Source: Octopus sinensis
Taxonomy: Eukaryota
Reading direction: 5' to 3'
DNA length: 64,000 nt
NCBI RefSeq assembly: GCF_006345805.1
Contig: NC_043000.1
Span: 17,918,001-17,982,000, forward strand
In this document: one piece after another, positions 11,767 to 24,283 of the stretch
Layout of the letters: each line of letters begins with the position of its first letter
How positions within the stretch are numbered: position 1 is the stretch's first letter
The notes under the pieces: generated by a model
Database searches by the model: none
The model's input: only the letters and a program-made list of their open reading frames with translations
Told to the model about the DNA's origin: nothing
Program-made: the position numbers and the translations under genes

Positions 11767-11907
11767 GTGGGCTCAAGCTGAGGGCTATGGAGCTTGTCTT
11801 CTTCGCAAACCAGAGATTGTGCAAGATATGATCCGACAAACAAAAGGAGCAATTTCAAGTCAAGACTTTACCATTTCTATTAAGATACGTATTCATCATA
11901 ATATCAG
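11767..11907 (+). CDS. DUS4L: DUS4-like coding exon
   Basis: tgaag|G TGG GCT..AAT ATC AG|gtaag = (R)WAQAEGYGACLLRKPEIVQDMIRQTKGAISSQDFTISIKIRIHHNI; 141 nt, phase 2/2, in frame with 7872-7913. Confidence 0.95.
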
Positions 11908-12159
11908 GTAAGACTCGGAAGACAATTCTCTTTCAGTTCAATCCCACTTCCTTCCTACTCACATCCACACAAACAAGTTTACACTTTAGTTTTTAAACCA
12001 GCCATATTTAGCCAAAATATTGTACCTGTTTTATATTCAAATTGGCCAAATTTGGCGCCTTACAGCAACCTTACAGTCTCATTCTAAAAATTAACAGTTG
12101 CTTCATCAAAATCTCAAAGCTACAAGATAATGCATGGTTAATTCAAAACAGTAATCATA

Positions 12160-12720
12160 ATCATCATCATCGTTTAACGTCCGCTTTCCATTCTAGTATG
12201 GGTTGGACGATTTGACTGAGGGCTGGCGAACCAGATGGCTGCACCAGGCTCCAATCTTGGTCTGGCAGAGTTTTTACAGCTGGATGCCCTTCCTAACGTC
12301 AACCACTCTGAGAGTGTAGTGGGTGCTTTTATGTGCCACCGGCATGGGGGTCAGTCAGGCGGTACTAGCAACAACCGCGCTTGAATCTTTTTACACATGC
12401 CACCTGCACAGGTGCCAGTAAGGCGACACTGGTAACGATCACACTCGAATGGAGCCTTTTATGTGCCACCGGCACGGAAGCCAGTTAGCCACTCTGGCAA
12501 TGATCAAGCTCAGATGGTGCTCTTAGCACCCTACTAGCACAGGACTCAAGTGCCAGTAAGGTGACGCTGATAACGATCACCCTCAAATGGTGCCTTTTAT
12601 GTGCATCTGGTACGGAAACCGGTTAGCCGCTCTGTCAATGATCACACTCGTATGGTGCTCTTTGCACCCCGCTAGCACGGATGCCAGTCATCAAATTTGA
12701 TTTAGATTTGGATTTGGATG
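12160..12720 (-). mobile_element. RTE LINE 3' UTR with expanded internal minisatellite
   Basis: Several GGTGC..TT(A/T)(C/T)(G/A)TGCCACC sub-repeats; closely related to 49762-50340. Confidence 0.72.
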
Positions 12721-13854
12721 TGAATAAATAAGCACTACTTCTGACAGAATAATTTGAATGCTAAAGGTTTAAAGAGCAGTAATTATATTTTGATGTTAAT
12801 AAATCTATGATCTGGAGTTGAATGATTTGAGGGTAAGTTTACCTTGTTCTGAGGAATAGGTACAATGATTTTACTTTGTCAAGGGATGTTACTTTAGTTA
12901 GACTGTTGTTCTTTTTGAAAACCAGAGTGAAACCCTTTAGTTTTAGAACACAAAGCATATTTTACCTGGTGTTGGGATGAACTATGATTATGAAATGTTG
13001 TATCTCAGAGAAGGGAGCAATAGTTCGAGGTCTGTAGATGGTTGAATCAATTAGGTATTCGTTAGCCATACCAGGAGCCAGTAATTTAGAGAGATCTATA
13101 GATTGTTGGATCAACAGAACCCAGAAGGATGAAATGCAAGTTGACTTGATGTGAGTTGAACTCAGAACATCAAGTCTATAACTAAATATCACAAAAGACA
13201 CAGGTGTAGCTGTGTGGTAAGAAATTTGCTTCGCAACCACATGGTTCTGGGTTCAGTCCCACGCATGGCAACTTGGACAAATGTCTTCTACCTTAGGCCA
13301 GCCAGGGCCTTGTGGGTGGATTTGGTGGATGGAAACTGGAAGAAGCCCGACGTATGTGGGTGTGTTTGACTTTGTGTTTGTCTCCCACCACTGCCTGGCA
13401 ACCAGTCTTAGTGTGTTTACATCCCAGTAACTTAGCAGTTTGGCAAAAGAGATTGATAGAATAAGTAACAGGCTTATAAAAAAAAATATGTACTGGGGTC
13501 AATTCATTTGACTAAAATATTTCAAGGCAGTGCCCTAGCATGACACAGTCTAATGATTAAAACAAGTAAAAGATATAAAAGAAATTTTATTTGACATTCT
13601 TATATTCCTGCAATCCATGACCCCCATTAATTACCATAAAAGTTGAGGATGGTAGAATAATATGTTGAGCAACAGACAAAATGCCTTGAAGTATTTAGTT
13701 ACATCTTTTTCTCATATTCTGAATTGAAATCTTATTCAGGTTACCTTTTCAACGTTTTGGGGCCAATAGACTATAAACCAGTCAAGAATTGGAGTCAAAA
13801 TAATTGACTGTATTTTTATCAGAAATGCATGGCATTTATTCTGTTAGAAATCAA

Positions 13855-14188
13855 TATTAACAACCTACAGTGAAATTAACGTGTAAGTGGCTGAGCACTC
13901 CACAGACACGTGCACCCTTAACATAGTTCTCGGGGATATTCAGCGTGACACAGAGAGTGATAAGGCCGGCCCTTTGAAATACAGGTACAACAGAAACAGG
14001 AAATAAGAGTGAGAGAAAGTTGTGGTGAAAGAGTACAGCAGGGATCACCACCATCCCCTGCCGGAGTCTCGTGGAGCTTTAGGTGTTTTCATTCAATAAA
14101 CACTCACAACGCCCGGTCTGGGAATCGAAACCGCGATCCTATGACCGCGAGTCCGCTGCCCTAACCACTGGGCCATTGCGCCTCCACA
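13855..14188 (-). mobile_element. SINE family C, tail type Y (3'-truncated)
   Basis: Reverse complement of 18102-18420. Confidence 0.82.
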
Positions 14189-14280
14189 CAGTTTAATCTA
14201 CAGAAGTGGACAATAGACATAACTGTGTAGTGAGTTTACTTCTCAACCACATGGCTCTAGGTTCAGTGCTACTGCATGAC

Positions 14281-14675
14281 TCAGAAACCTAGACATTATC
14301 AAAGAAGCTTGAGAGACGGTTGGATGGAACCTACACTCGCCTCCTTATGAGAGCTCAAAATCTCTCGTGGAGGTGCCATCCAACCAAAATGCAAATATAT
14401 GGGAAACTACCACCTGTGTCATCTCTTGTGAAAGGTAGGAGAGTCCAGTTTGCTGGACATTGTTGTAGAGCTGAAAAAGAAGTAATATTTACTCTTCTCC
14501 TCTGGAAGCCATCTACTCGCAATACCAGAGGGCGCACACTCTCCTACCCTGATGTAATCTCCAGGGATACAGGCATCCAGCAACAGGACCTCCATAATGC
14601 TATGATGGACCGTGAAGTCTGGCATAGCATGGTAAATTCCATTGTCTTGACCACGGTCGAACAATGATGATGATC
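14281..14675 (+). mobile_element. 5'-truncated RTE/RTE-X-type LINE inserted in a family A SINE
   Basis: SETLTLSKKLERRLDGTYTRLL..RRVQFAGHCCR..DREVWHSMV then (GAT)n; 10-bp TSD ACTGCATGAC at 14271-14280 and 14676-14685. Confidence 0.85.
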
Positions 14676-15197
14676 ACTGCATGACACTTTAGCAAGGTGT
14701 TTTTTGCTATAACCCCCAAGCTGACCTAAGCCTAGTGAGTGGATTTGGTCAACAGAAACTGAAAGAAGCGAGCTGGCAGAAATGTTAGCACGCTGGGCAA
14801 AATGCCTTGCGATATTTTGTCTGCCATTACGTTCTGAATTCAAATTCCACCAAGGTCGATTTTGCCTTTCACCCTTTTGAGGTCAATAAATTAAGTACCG
14901 GTCTTTGTCCTTGTTTGTCTCCTCTATGTTTAGCCCCTTGTGGGCAATAAAGAAATAAGAAACTGAAAGAAGCCTATCTTATCCGTCCATCCTTCCTTCC
15001 TTCCTCCGTCCCTCCCTCCGTCTTCCTTTTCTCTTGGACTATCCTCTGCATCCTGTTTCTGAAGAAGAGCTTTGCTCAAAACATAAAACTACCTTATTTC
15101 TTTCCCTGAGTGTCTGCTAATATTTTACATGTACCACATCCTCGTGTTGTTTTTTCTTTGTTTTTGAAGGGATTAACTATATATATATGTGTATATA

Positions 15198-15254
<57 letters not shown>

Positions 15255-15544
15255 TATATGTGTATGTGTGTGTGTGTGTGTGTATGTATGTATCAGCTGC
15301 TTGCTAGGTCCTGTGAAATTGTCCAACCCATACCAGTGACTGTTAAATGGGAAACAACTGTTAAATGATGGTTATGATTTTATATACATCATCATCATCA
15401 CTGTTTATTCACTTTCTCTGCTAGCTTGGGATAATGGTTTGACATGGAGCTGGCCAGCTGAGACCTGTCTAGACTCCTGTTGTCTGTTGTGGAATGGTTT
15501 CTACAGCTAGATGCCCTTCTTAATGCCATACATATATGCATATG

Positions 15545-16000
15545 TTTGTTATTTCTTTACTGCCCACAAGGGGCTACACACAGAGGGGACAAACAAGGAC
15601 AAACAAACGGATTAAGTTGACTATATCAACCCCAGTATGTAACTGGTACTTATTTAATCAAACCCAAAAGGATAAAGGGCAAAGTCGACCTTGGCGGAAT
15701 TTGAACTCAGAACGTAATGGCAGATGAAATACCACTAAGCATTTCGCCTGATATGCTAATGTTTCTTATTTCTTTATTGCCCACAAGGGGCTAAACATAG
15801 AGGGGACAAACAAGGACAGACAAAGGGATTTAGTCGATTACATCGACCCCAGTGCATAACTGGTACTTAATTTATCGACTCCGAAAGGATGAAAGGCAAA
15901 GTCAACCTCGGTGGAATTTGAACTCAGAACGTAACGGCAGATGAAATACCGCTATGCATTTCGCCTGGCGTGCTGATGTTTCTGCCAGCTCACCGCCTTG
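15545..16000 (-). mobile_element. SINE family B dimer
   Basis: Two head-to-tail units; junction AAGAAATAAGAAACATTAGC on minus strand. Confidence 0.82.
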
Positions 16001-16644
16001 GTGTGTGTGTTTGTGTCTCCTTGTCTTGGCATCACCTGATTGCTGTGGTGTCACTGTCATACAAACAATATCATTCATTTCTAATATTCTACAAGAACAC
16101 ATCTGGCCATGCGGAAATATTACCTTACGTGGAAACAGGTGAGGGTTAGTGACAGGAAAGGCGTCCAACTATAGAAAACCTGCCTCAATAAATTCCATCC
16201 AACCCATGCAAGCATGGAAAAGTAGATGTTAAAATGACGATGATGATGATGACAACGGCAACGACGACGACGGGGGGAAAGTTAGGGCTGGGGGTTAACT
16301 TCTGCAGTAACTTCTAGTATGGAAAGGAGGAGATTGAGGGTTGGTCTGTAAAGATAATGAAAAGTGCAATAGAAAAATTTTGAATTCCCAAGGAAAGAAA
16401 CATGTTTGGTTTTGGAGAGTAGAAAATGGTTTCTTAGTGGAGAGTATCTGAGGAAATCTGAAAGTCTTGTAATAAGTTGATTATTTTTGGTTATTATTAT
16501 TTGAAGTATCTGGAAGAGTACCATCATCATTTTGATATTGACTGTTCCATGCTCGCATGGCTCAAACAGAATCTGTTGAAGCAGATTTTCTACAGTTGGA
16601 TGCCCATCCTGTTGCCAACCTTCCTTTGTTTCTAGGCTAGGTAA

Positions 16645-17016
16645 TCTCTCTATATATAAACGGCAGTTTGTCTGTGTGTGTTTCTGTGTGTCTGTTTTCT
16701 CGTACCCTCACCCTGACCACGGCTTTCAACCGATTCTGATGAAACTTGACACACACATAGCCCAATGTCATAATTCAAAACTAACGCAGCGAAAATTTTG
16801 AAAAGTTCCCCCAGTTCTGAAAAAAACCGATAAATTCGACATGGGGTCGAGAATCAGAAACACAAACCACAGACTGTCTAGGGGACGCAAGTCGACCTTT
16901 TTAACTAAAAAAAAAATTTACCATCATTTTTTTCCCATTTTTTGGCTATAACTCTCTAAAAATGCTTTATAGTTGTTTCCCTTACAAACCCGAGCAACGC
17001 CGGGCGATACTGCTAG
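16645..17016 (+). mobile_element. Non-autonomous Helitron
   Basis: 5' TC(TC)TATATATAAA, 3' hairpin CCCGAGCAACGCCGGG then CTAG, inserted at A|T, no TSD. Confidence 0.75.
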
Positions 17017-17295
17017 TTTATTTCTAAAGACCATTGCCGTTGCATCCTTGCCGGAGGCTTGAAACGTTGTAGAAATTGCTAAAAAAGGAGGAAAGCAAAA
17101 AATTCTTGCCAACGAAATTAATAAAACCAATTGTTGGTTCGATGACACGACATCTGCACTGAAATATAAAAGCATGCTTATCTTCGCTTTTTACCTTTTT
17201 ACTTGTTTCTGTCATTGGAGCGCGGCCATGCTGGAACATCGCTTCGAAGAAATTTTAGTCGAATGAATCGACCTCATAAATTATAACTCTTACTC

Positions 17296-17695
17296 TTTTA
17301 CTCTTTTACTTGTTTCAATCATTTGACTGCGGCCATGCTGGAGTACCACCTTTAATCGAGCAACTCGACCCTGGGACTTATTCTTTGTAAGCCCAGTAGT
17401 TATTCTATCAATCTCTTTTGCCGAACCGCTAAGTGACGGGGATATAAACACACCACCATCGGTTGTCAAGCGATGTTGGGGGAACAAACACACGCACAAA
17501 CAAACACACACACACACACACACACATATACGACGGGCTTCTTTCAGTTTCCGTCTACCAAATCCACTCACAAGGCTTTGGTCGGCCCGAGGCTATAGTA
17601 GAAAACACTTGCCCAAGGTGCCACGCAGTGGGACTGAACCCGGAACCATGTGGTTGGTAAGCAAGCTACTTACCACACAGCCACTCCTGCGCCTA
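17296..17695 (-). mobile_element. SINE family A (a second diverged copy follows at about 17700-18075)
   Basis: Full-length copy. Confidence 0.86.
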
Positions 17696-18101
17696 TTCTT
17701 GAATTTGGTGCTTATTCTATCAGACTCTTTTGCCAAACCGCTAAGTTACAAGGACACAAACAAATCAACACCAGTTGGCAGCTCAAGTTTGTTTACGTAT
17801 ACGTAACTTAGCGGTTTGGCAAAAGATTCCGATAGAATAAGTACCACACTTATACACACAATATATACATTCACACATATATACAGATAGATATGTACGT
17901 ATGTATGTATACACGCTAGACTTCTTTCAGTTTCCGCTGACCAAATCCCCTCTCAAGACATTGGTCAGCCCAAGACTATAGTAGAAGACACTTGCTGAAC
18001 TTGCCGTGCAGTGAGGCAGAACCCAAGACCGCATGATTGGGAAGCGAGCCTCTTAACCTCTCGGCCACTCCTGAGATTTTGCCATTCCTATCGTCAAATG
18101 T

Positions 18102-18481
18102 GGAGGCGCAATGGCCCAGTGGTTAGGGCAGCGGACTCGCGGTCGTAGGATCGCGGTTTCGATTCCCAGACCGGGCGTTGTGAGTGTTTATTGAGCGAAA
18201 ACACCTAAAAGCTCCACGAGGCTCCGGCAGGGGATGGTGGTGATTCCTGCTGTACTCTTTCACCACAACTTTCTCTCACTCTTACTTCCTGTTTCTGTTG
18301 TACCTGTATTTCAAAGGGCCGGCCTTGGCACACTCTGTGTCACGCTGAATATCCCCGAGAACTACGTTAAGGTTACACGTGTCTGTGGAGTGCTCAGCCA
18401 CTTACACGTTAATTTCACGAGCAGGCTGTTCCGTTGGTCGGATCAACCGGAACCCTCATCGTCGTAACCGACGGAGTGCTT
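18102..18481 (+). mobile_element. SINE family C full-length, tail type Y, with ~20-bp TSD
   Basis: TSD CCATTCC(C)TATCGTCAAATGT at 18082-18101 and 18482-18502. Confidence 0.9.
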
Positions 18482-19156
18482 CCATTCCCTATCGTCAAAT
18501 GTCTTTCCATTGTAATCCCCAAAGTGATTCGATTCTCAAACATTGATAGACTCAATCAAATCTATAACAGATATACATCACCCGTAATTGGCCAACCCAA
18601 AGATAGAGGATCACTGCTCAATCTCAATGAGCAGAAGATTTTAGGTCTTTTGAAAATCAGTGTTCGATTTTGGTGAGATTTCAAATCCTTACAAGCTTGC
18701 CTTGTTTCAAAGGCTCGCATTATTTCAAATTGCTGTAACGCCGTCTATACGCCCTCGGGGTTCTAGATGAACCGACATCACAGCAAGAAACTCAAAAGAG
18801 GGCAGCAATATTGAATTCCCTTCTTCACAAAATCATGGCAATTGCAAAGATAATACTGGCAGTACCCCAGCATGGCCACAGCCTTTGGGCTGAGACGCAT
18901 AAAAGAAGAAAAAGTATATATATATATATATTTCTTTACTGCCCACAAGGGCAATAGAGGGGACAAACAAGGACAGACAAAGGGATCAAGTCGATTATAT
19001 CGACTCCAGTACGAAACTGGTACTTTATTAATCGACCCTGAAAGGATGAAAGGCAAATTCGACCTCGGCGGAATTTGAACTCAGAACGTAACGACAGACG
19101 AAATACCGCTAAGCATTTCTCCCGGCGCGCTAACGTTTCTGCCAGCTCACCTTTTA

Positions 19157-19320
19157 TATGCATATATATATATATATATATATGTATATACAAATATATC
19201 TAAAATATATCTAAAATCAAAATGAAAACCAATAATATGCGTGTATACTCTTCTCTTTTGCTCTTTTACTCTTTTACTTGTTTCATTTGACTGCGGCCAT
19301 GCTGGAGCACCGCCTTTATA

Positions 19321-19382
<62 letters not shown>

Positions 19383-19665
19383 ATATATTATATATGTATA
19401 TACATATATATATATATTATATATGTATATATATATGTATATACAATATATATATATATATATATATAATATACATATATATATATATTGTGTGTATATA
19501 TATATACGTATATATATATATATATTATATATATATATATACATATAATATATATGTATAGTATATATATATTGTGTGTATATGTATGATATATATATAC
19601 ATATATGTATGTGTGTGTGTGTATATATGTATATATGTATATATATGTATGTGTGTGTGTATGTA

Positions 19666-19701
<36 letters not shown>

Positions 19702-19716
19702 TGTATATAATACGTA

Positions 19717-19747
<31 letters not shown>

Positions 19748-19790
19748 CTATATATTATATATATATAATATGTATATTATACACACACAC
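19157..19790. repeat. Long compound (TA)n/(TG)n/(TATG)n microsatellite block containing a 112-bp insert
   Basis: Direct inspection; insert at 19207-19318. Confidence 0.95.
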
Positions 19791-19980
19791 ACTCTTCCAT
19801 ATAAGAACGCGCAGTGTGCGCACACGCGTGTGTGGGTTTATTTATCTATCGGTCTCTCCCTCTAATGACATTCTTGCTCTCCCGAGATACGTAATTCCAT
19901 ATGTAAGAATAACTCCAGCATGGCCTGAACTTTGACATCTAAAGCAAACTAAATTCTGCAGCGATATTTTTATGATTTTG

Positions 19981-20024
<44 letters not shown>

Positions 20025-20321
20025 CCTGCTTAACAGTAGCTTTGTCTGTCTGTTTGTCTAGATGTATATCCGTCTCAATATTGGACCGTTTGTTTGGCGA
20101 GCTGTCTGTGTGTCTTCACGTCTGGTTATTTTGTCCGTGAACATGACAACCCGTCTTTCGCGTCAATCAGCGGTCGTAAGACGAGAAGAAACGGTCGGTT
20201 CCTTTCATGACATTGGAAGAATCTTCTAGATTGCATATCTCCATTTCCGTCAACATTGGAAAAATAATATCTAAAATCAAAATGAAAACCAATAATATGC
20301 GTGTATACTCTTTTCTCTTTT

Positions 20322-20725
20322 GCTCTTTTACTCTTTTACTTGTTTCATTTGACTGCGGCCATGCTGGAGCACCGCCTTTAGTCGAGCAACTCGACCCCGG
20401 GACTTATTCTTTTTTGTAAGCCCAGTACTTATTCTATCGGTCTCTTTTGCCGAACCGCTAAGTGACGGGGACATAAACACACCAGCATCGGTTGTCGAGC
20501 AATGCTAGGGGGACAAACACAAACATACACGCACATACACACATATACATATATATATATACATATATACGACGAGCTTCTTTGAGTTTCCGTCTACCAA
20601 ATCCACTCACAAGGCATTGGTCGGCCCGGGGCTATAGCAGAAGACACTTGCCCAAGATGCCACGCAGTGGGACTGAACCCGGAACCATGTGGTTGGTTAG
20701 CAAGCTACTTACCACACAGCCACTC
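20322..20725 (-). mobile_element. SINE family A
   Basis: Full-length copy with private deletion TGTTTCATTTGAC. Confidence 0.88.
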
Positions 20726-21233
20726 ATCCAACTATTTATGTGAATGTACGAATGTGTGTGTGTGTGTGTGTGTGTGTATCAGAAATGGGTTTGAAAATTA
20801 TGATCGTTACATATTATTCTTTTGTTGGAGCAAATTTGCCTTACAGCTGTTTCCAGTAACCATTACAGGAACATTACTGATAGGTTTACTCATTTGGTCT
20901 AATGATCAACTGAAGCAAATTGAACGACCAAAGAAAAACAATTCTACTTTCGTCACAGCCATTTCTGGACACACATATATATATATAGGTAAAACGGTAA
21001 GATAACAAAAGAAAGAAAGAGACCTCAATATTATGTAAATAGAGGAAATTTATCTGTAAATGTAATATGTTGCCATTATTCAATAGCCACGATAAAACTC
21101 TGAGTTTCGGATGCCGAAGTGGAAAGCCACAACACCATCTCTTCGGTTATATAACTCCAAGAAAGTTAGGGGTTGTGGGTCCAACCCACTAAGAGATAAT
21201 ATCTATCCAATATACTATCGGTATAATACCCAA

Positions 21234-21746
21234 TCTATATATATAAAACTGTAGTTGTGTGAGTGTCTGTCCCCTTCGATTTAGATTCCTAACTACTCCC
21301 ACATTTTGCGGTGCAGTTTAACCAAATTCGGGTATCTTATAGTCGTGATTCATATCGAGCCCGTCTGAGTATTAGCGCGCGTCAACGATGAGTCTACGAT
21401 TTTAAAAATAATTTAACATCATTTTTTATTCCATTTTAATGCATAATTTTTCGTGTGTCGATGGCGGCGGAGTTGGGGTCCATGGTCACACCTGCACCTG
21501 TTTGCTTCTCCCCCTTCTTCCCTCCCTCGTGAAGCTGTGGGGAAGGGAGTGTAAGGAAATCAACGTCGTAAAGCGTTGTCAAGGAGACCAGCGTTCTTTT
21601 AGAACAACGACTTCATGGCTTGAAGACACCAAAACAGAAATGGCTAAGAAAGCCCGAATTGGCATCTATAAGGGAAGTAACTCTCTAAAAATGCTTATAT
21701 AGTTATTTCCCTTACAAACCCGAGCAACGCCGGGCGATACTGCTAG
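21234..21746 (+). mobile_element. Non-autonomous Helitron (513 bp)
   Basis: A|TCTATATATATAAAACTG..CCCGAGCAACGCCGGGCGATACTGCTAG|T; closely similar copy at 48759-49266. Confidence 0.82.
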
Positions 21747-22193
21747 TCTATACATATAAAGCTGAAGTTGTCTGTGTGTGTGTGTGTGTGGCAGGTTTGG
21801 TAGTCTTCAACTAACACTATCTCCTCCGAGACCCTGCGGCGCAAGTTGACCAAAATTGAAAGTATGATAGAAGAAGGCTTGCTCTTCATTCCGTAGAAGA
21901 AAAAATTCAAATAGGACCATGTTAACACCAAAAATTATTTACATCAAAAAGGTGCTTTTTTCTATGAAAATCCCTATTTTTTACGATTTTTTTGACTGCT
22001 GTGTTGCCATTTTTCGGTGTATTTCAACTAGAAAAATGTTCACTTAAAGAGAATAACAAGCTATATAATGCAAAATATTTACTTTTCAAAAAAGATTGAA
22101 ACTATGTCAAAACTTTGTTAACGTGACATCAAAGTCTACCGTTTTAAGCACAACTAAAAAACAAACCTGAGCAACGCTGGGCTATACTGCTAG
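21747..22193 (+). mobile_element. Second non-autonomous Helitron directly abutting the first
   Basis: TCTATACATATAAAG..CCTGAGCAACGCTGGGCTATACTGCTAG|T; different interior. Confidence 0.75.
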
Positions 22194-22689
22194 TATTTCT
22201 ATATGACTGAGCATGTTTTGACAGAAGATTGGAAAATAAAGACACCACTTGCATGACAGTAACACTTGTTAACAACTATCACATGATGTCAAAACAAGGA
22301 GGCACAAATACACACACTCACGCACACACGCATACACACACACACGTACACACACACACACACACACTGGGCTTCTTTCAATTTCTGCCTAAAAAATCTA
22401 CTCACAAGGCTTTGGTTGACCCAGGGTACTACACTGGAATTGAACCTGAAACCACATGGTTGGGAAGCAAACTTATGCACTATACAGCCATTTCTATCCC
22501 TGTCTATCCATATATTAACTTACAGTCCATCCCACTTAAAGCTCCATCCAGTGTTAGTTATTTTGGTATTCATTTTTATGAATAATTTGTTATCATGTTA
22601 TCAGCCAGTTTTTCCTCTCATTTTATACTGGATTAAATCAATCTCTGCATTATAACCTTCTCTTACATATATTAATATAACTTTCTCAT

Positions 22690-22748
22690 ATATACACACA
22701 TACATACATACATACATACAAGCACACATACATACATACAAGCACACA

Positions 22749-22780
<32 letters not shown>

Positions 22781-22843
22781 GCTATACACACACACACACA
22801 CACACACATACAAACATACATACATACATACATACATCCATAC

Positions 22844-22884
<41 letters not shown>

Positions 22885-23052
22885 CATACACACACATACA
22901 TACATAATACATACATACATACATCTATACATACACACATACATACATACACACATACATACATATGCATGTACAACATACATACATATATTTACACACA
23001 CACACACACACACACATACATACATACATACACACATACATACATACATACA
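22690..23052. repeat. (CATA)n/(CA)n compound microsatellite
   Basis: Direct inspection. Confidence 0.95.
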
Positions 23053-23871
23053 GTTCTGAAAAAGGCTGGAGGGTATATCAGCCGAAACGTGTTAACAACA
23101 AACAAGATGAGGACAAATATCCATTGAATGTAAATAATGTAAATAACGTACGTACATACATACATATGTGTCTGTGTGTACATGTGTGTGTAAATGATGG
23201 TTACTCTCCACCTCCTCCTTTTGTGTTGCTGCCTATCACCTCTTCCTTCACGGCCCTCTCCTATTTTCCTTCCCCTTCTCCCAAATAGATAGAGACTATT
23301 GACCATGCCTCTATTTATGTTCACCAATTACTCCATCCATGTCTATCTTCATCTCAAACTGTCTGTCACCTTTCACCCTCTCATGAAACTACCAGCCCAG
23401 CTATCCTCAATTCTTTGTTCCTCTCCTCTCTTCATCCGGCTTCACATACTTTGAAGGTATGCCCTGATACCCCATCTCCATCACCCTTATCACTTGCAGT
23501 AGTAGTCCTGTATCTCCTCTACAGCAATACACCTGTTCCTATCCCTGTCTTGTGTCTCAGCTGCTCAGCACCTGACACAAAGCCGCTTATGAACCCTGTG
23601 TCCCCAGCAAGACATAGAATCATAAGTTTTCTCTTCTTATAGGCCTCTGTGATCAATTGTAGAATAGTGACACCAGTCCATTGAGCAAAATGTGTCCAAG
23701 CTTTTTGATCTCGCAGTAGAATGTTCCATATCAAGAGACTTTTTGTTTGAAAGGACATCAGTAAAATGTCCTTTCAAGCAAATGCTATCATGTTTTATTA
23801 TCACTATTTGTGATTACACCCAAAGCAGGACATGTGTGTGTGTGTGTGCCGTTATTATTGTATTATTATAC

Positions 23872-24084
23872 TCTCTCTTTACTCTTTTACTTGTTTCAGT
23901 CATTTTGACTGCGGCCATGCTGGAGCACCGCCTTTAACCGAGCAACTCGACCCTGGGACTTATTCTTTTGTAAGCCCAGTACTTATTCTATCGGTCTCTT
24001 TTGCCGAACCGCTAAGTGACGGGGACATAAACACACCAGCATCGGTTGTCAAGCAATGCTAGGGAGACAAACACAGACACACAA

Positions 24085-24119
<35 letters not shown>

Positions 24120-24283
24120 CATATATACGACAGGCTTCTTTCAGTTTCCGTCTACCAAATCCACTCACAAGGCATTGGTCAGCCCGGGGCTATAGCAGAA
24201 GACACTTGCCCAAGATGCCACGCAGTGGGACTGAACCCAGAACCATCTGGTTGGTTAGCAAGCTACTTACCACACAGCCACTT
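23872..24283 (-). mobile_element. SINE family A
   Basis: Full-length copy. Confidence 0.88.

Noticed and set aside
18102-18180. tRNA genes
   Set aside because: The tRNA-like A/B-box segments run into SINE bodies and tails, one with a TSD, and lack a complete cloverleaf; I see no true tRNA gene in the window.
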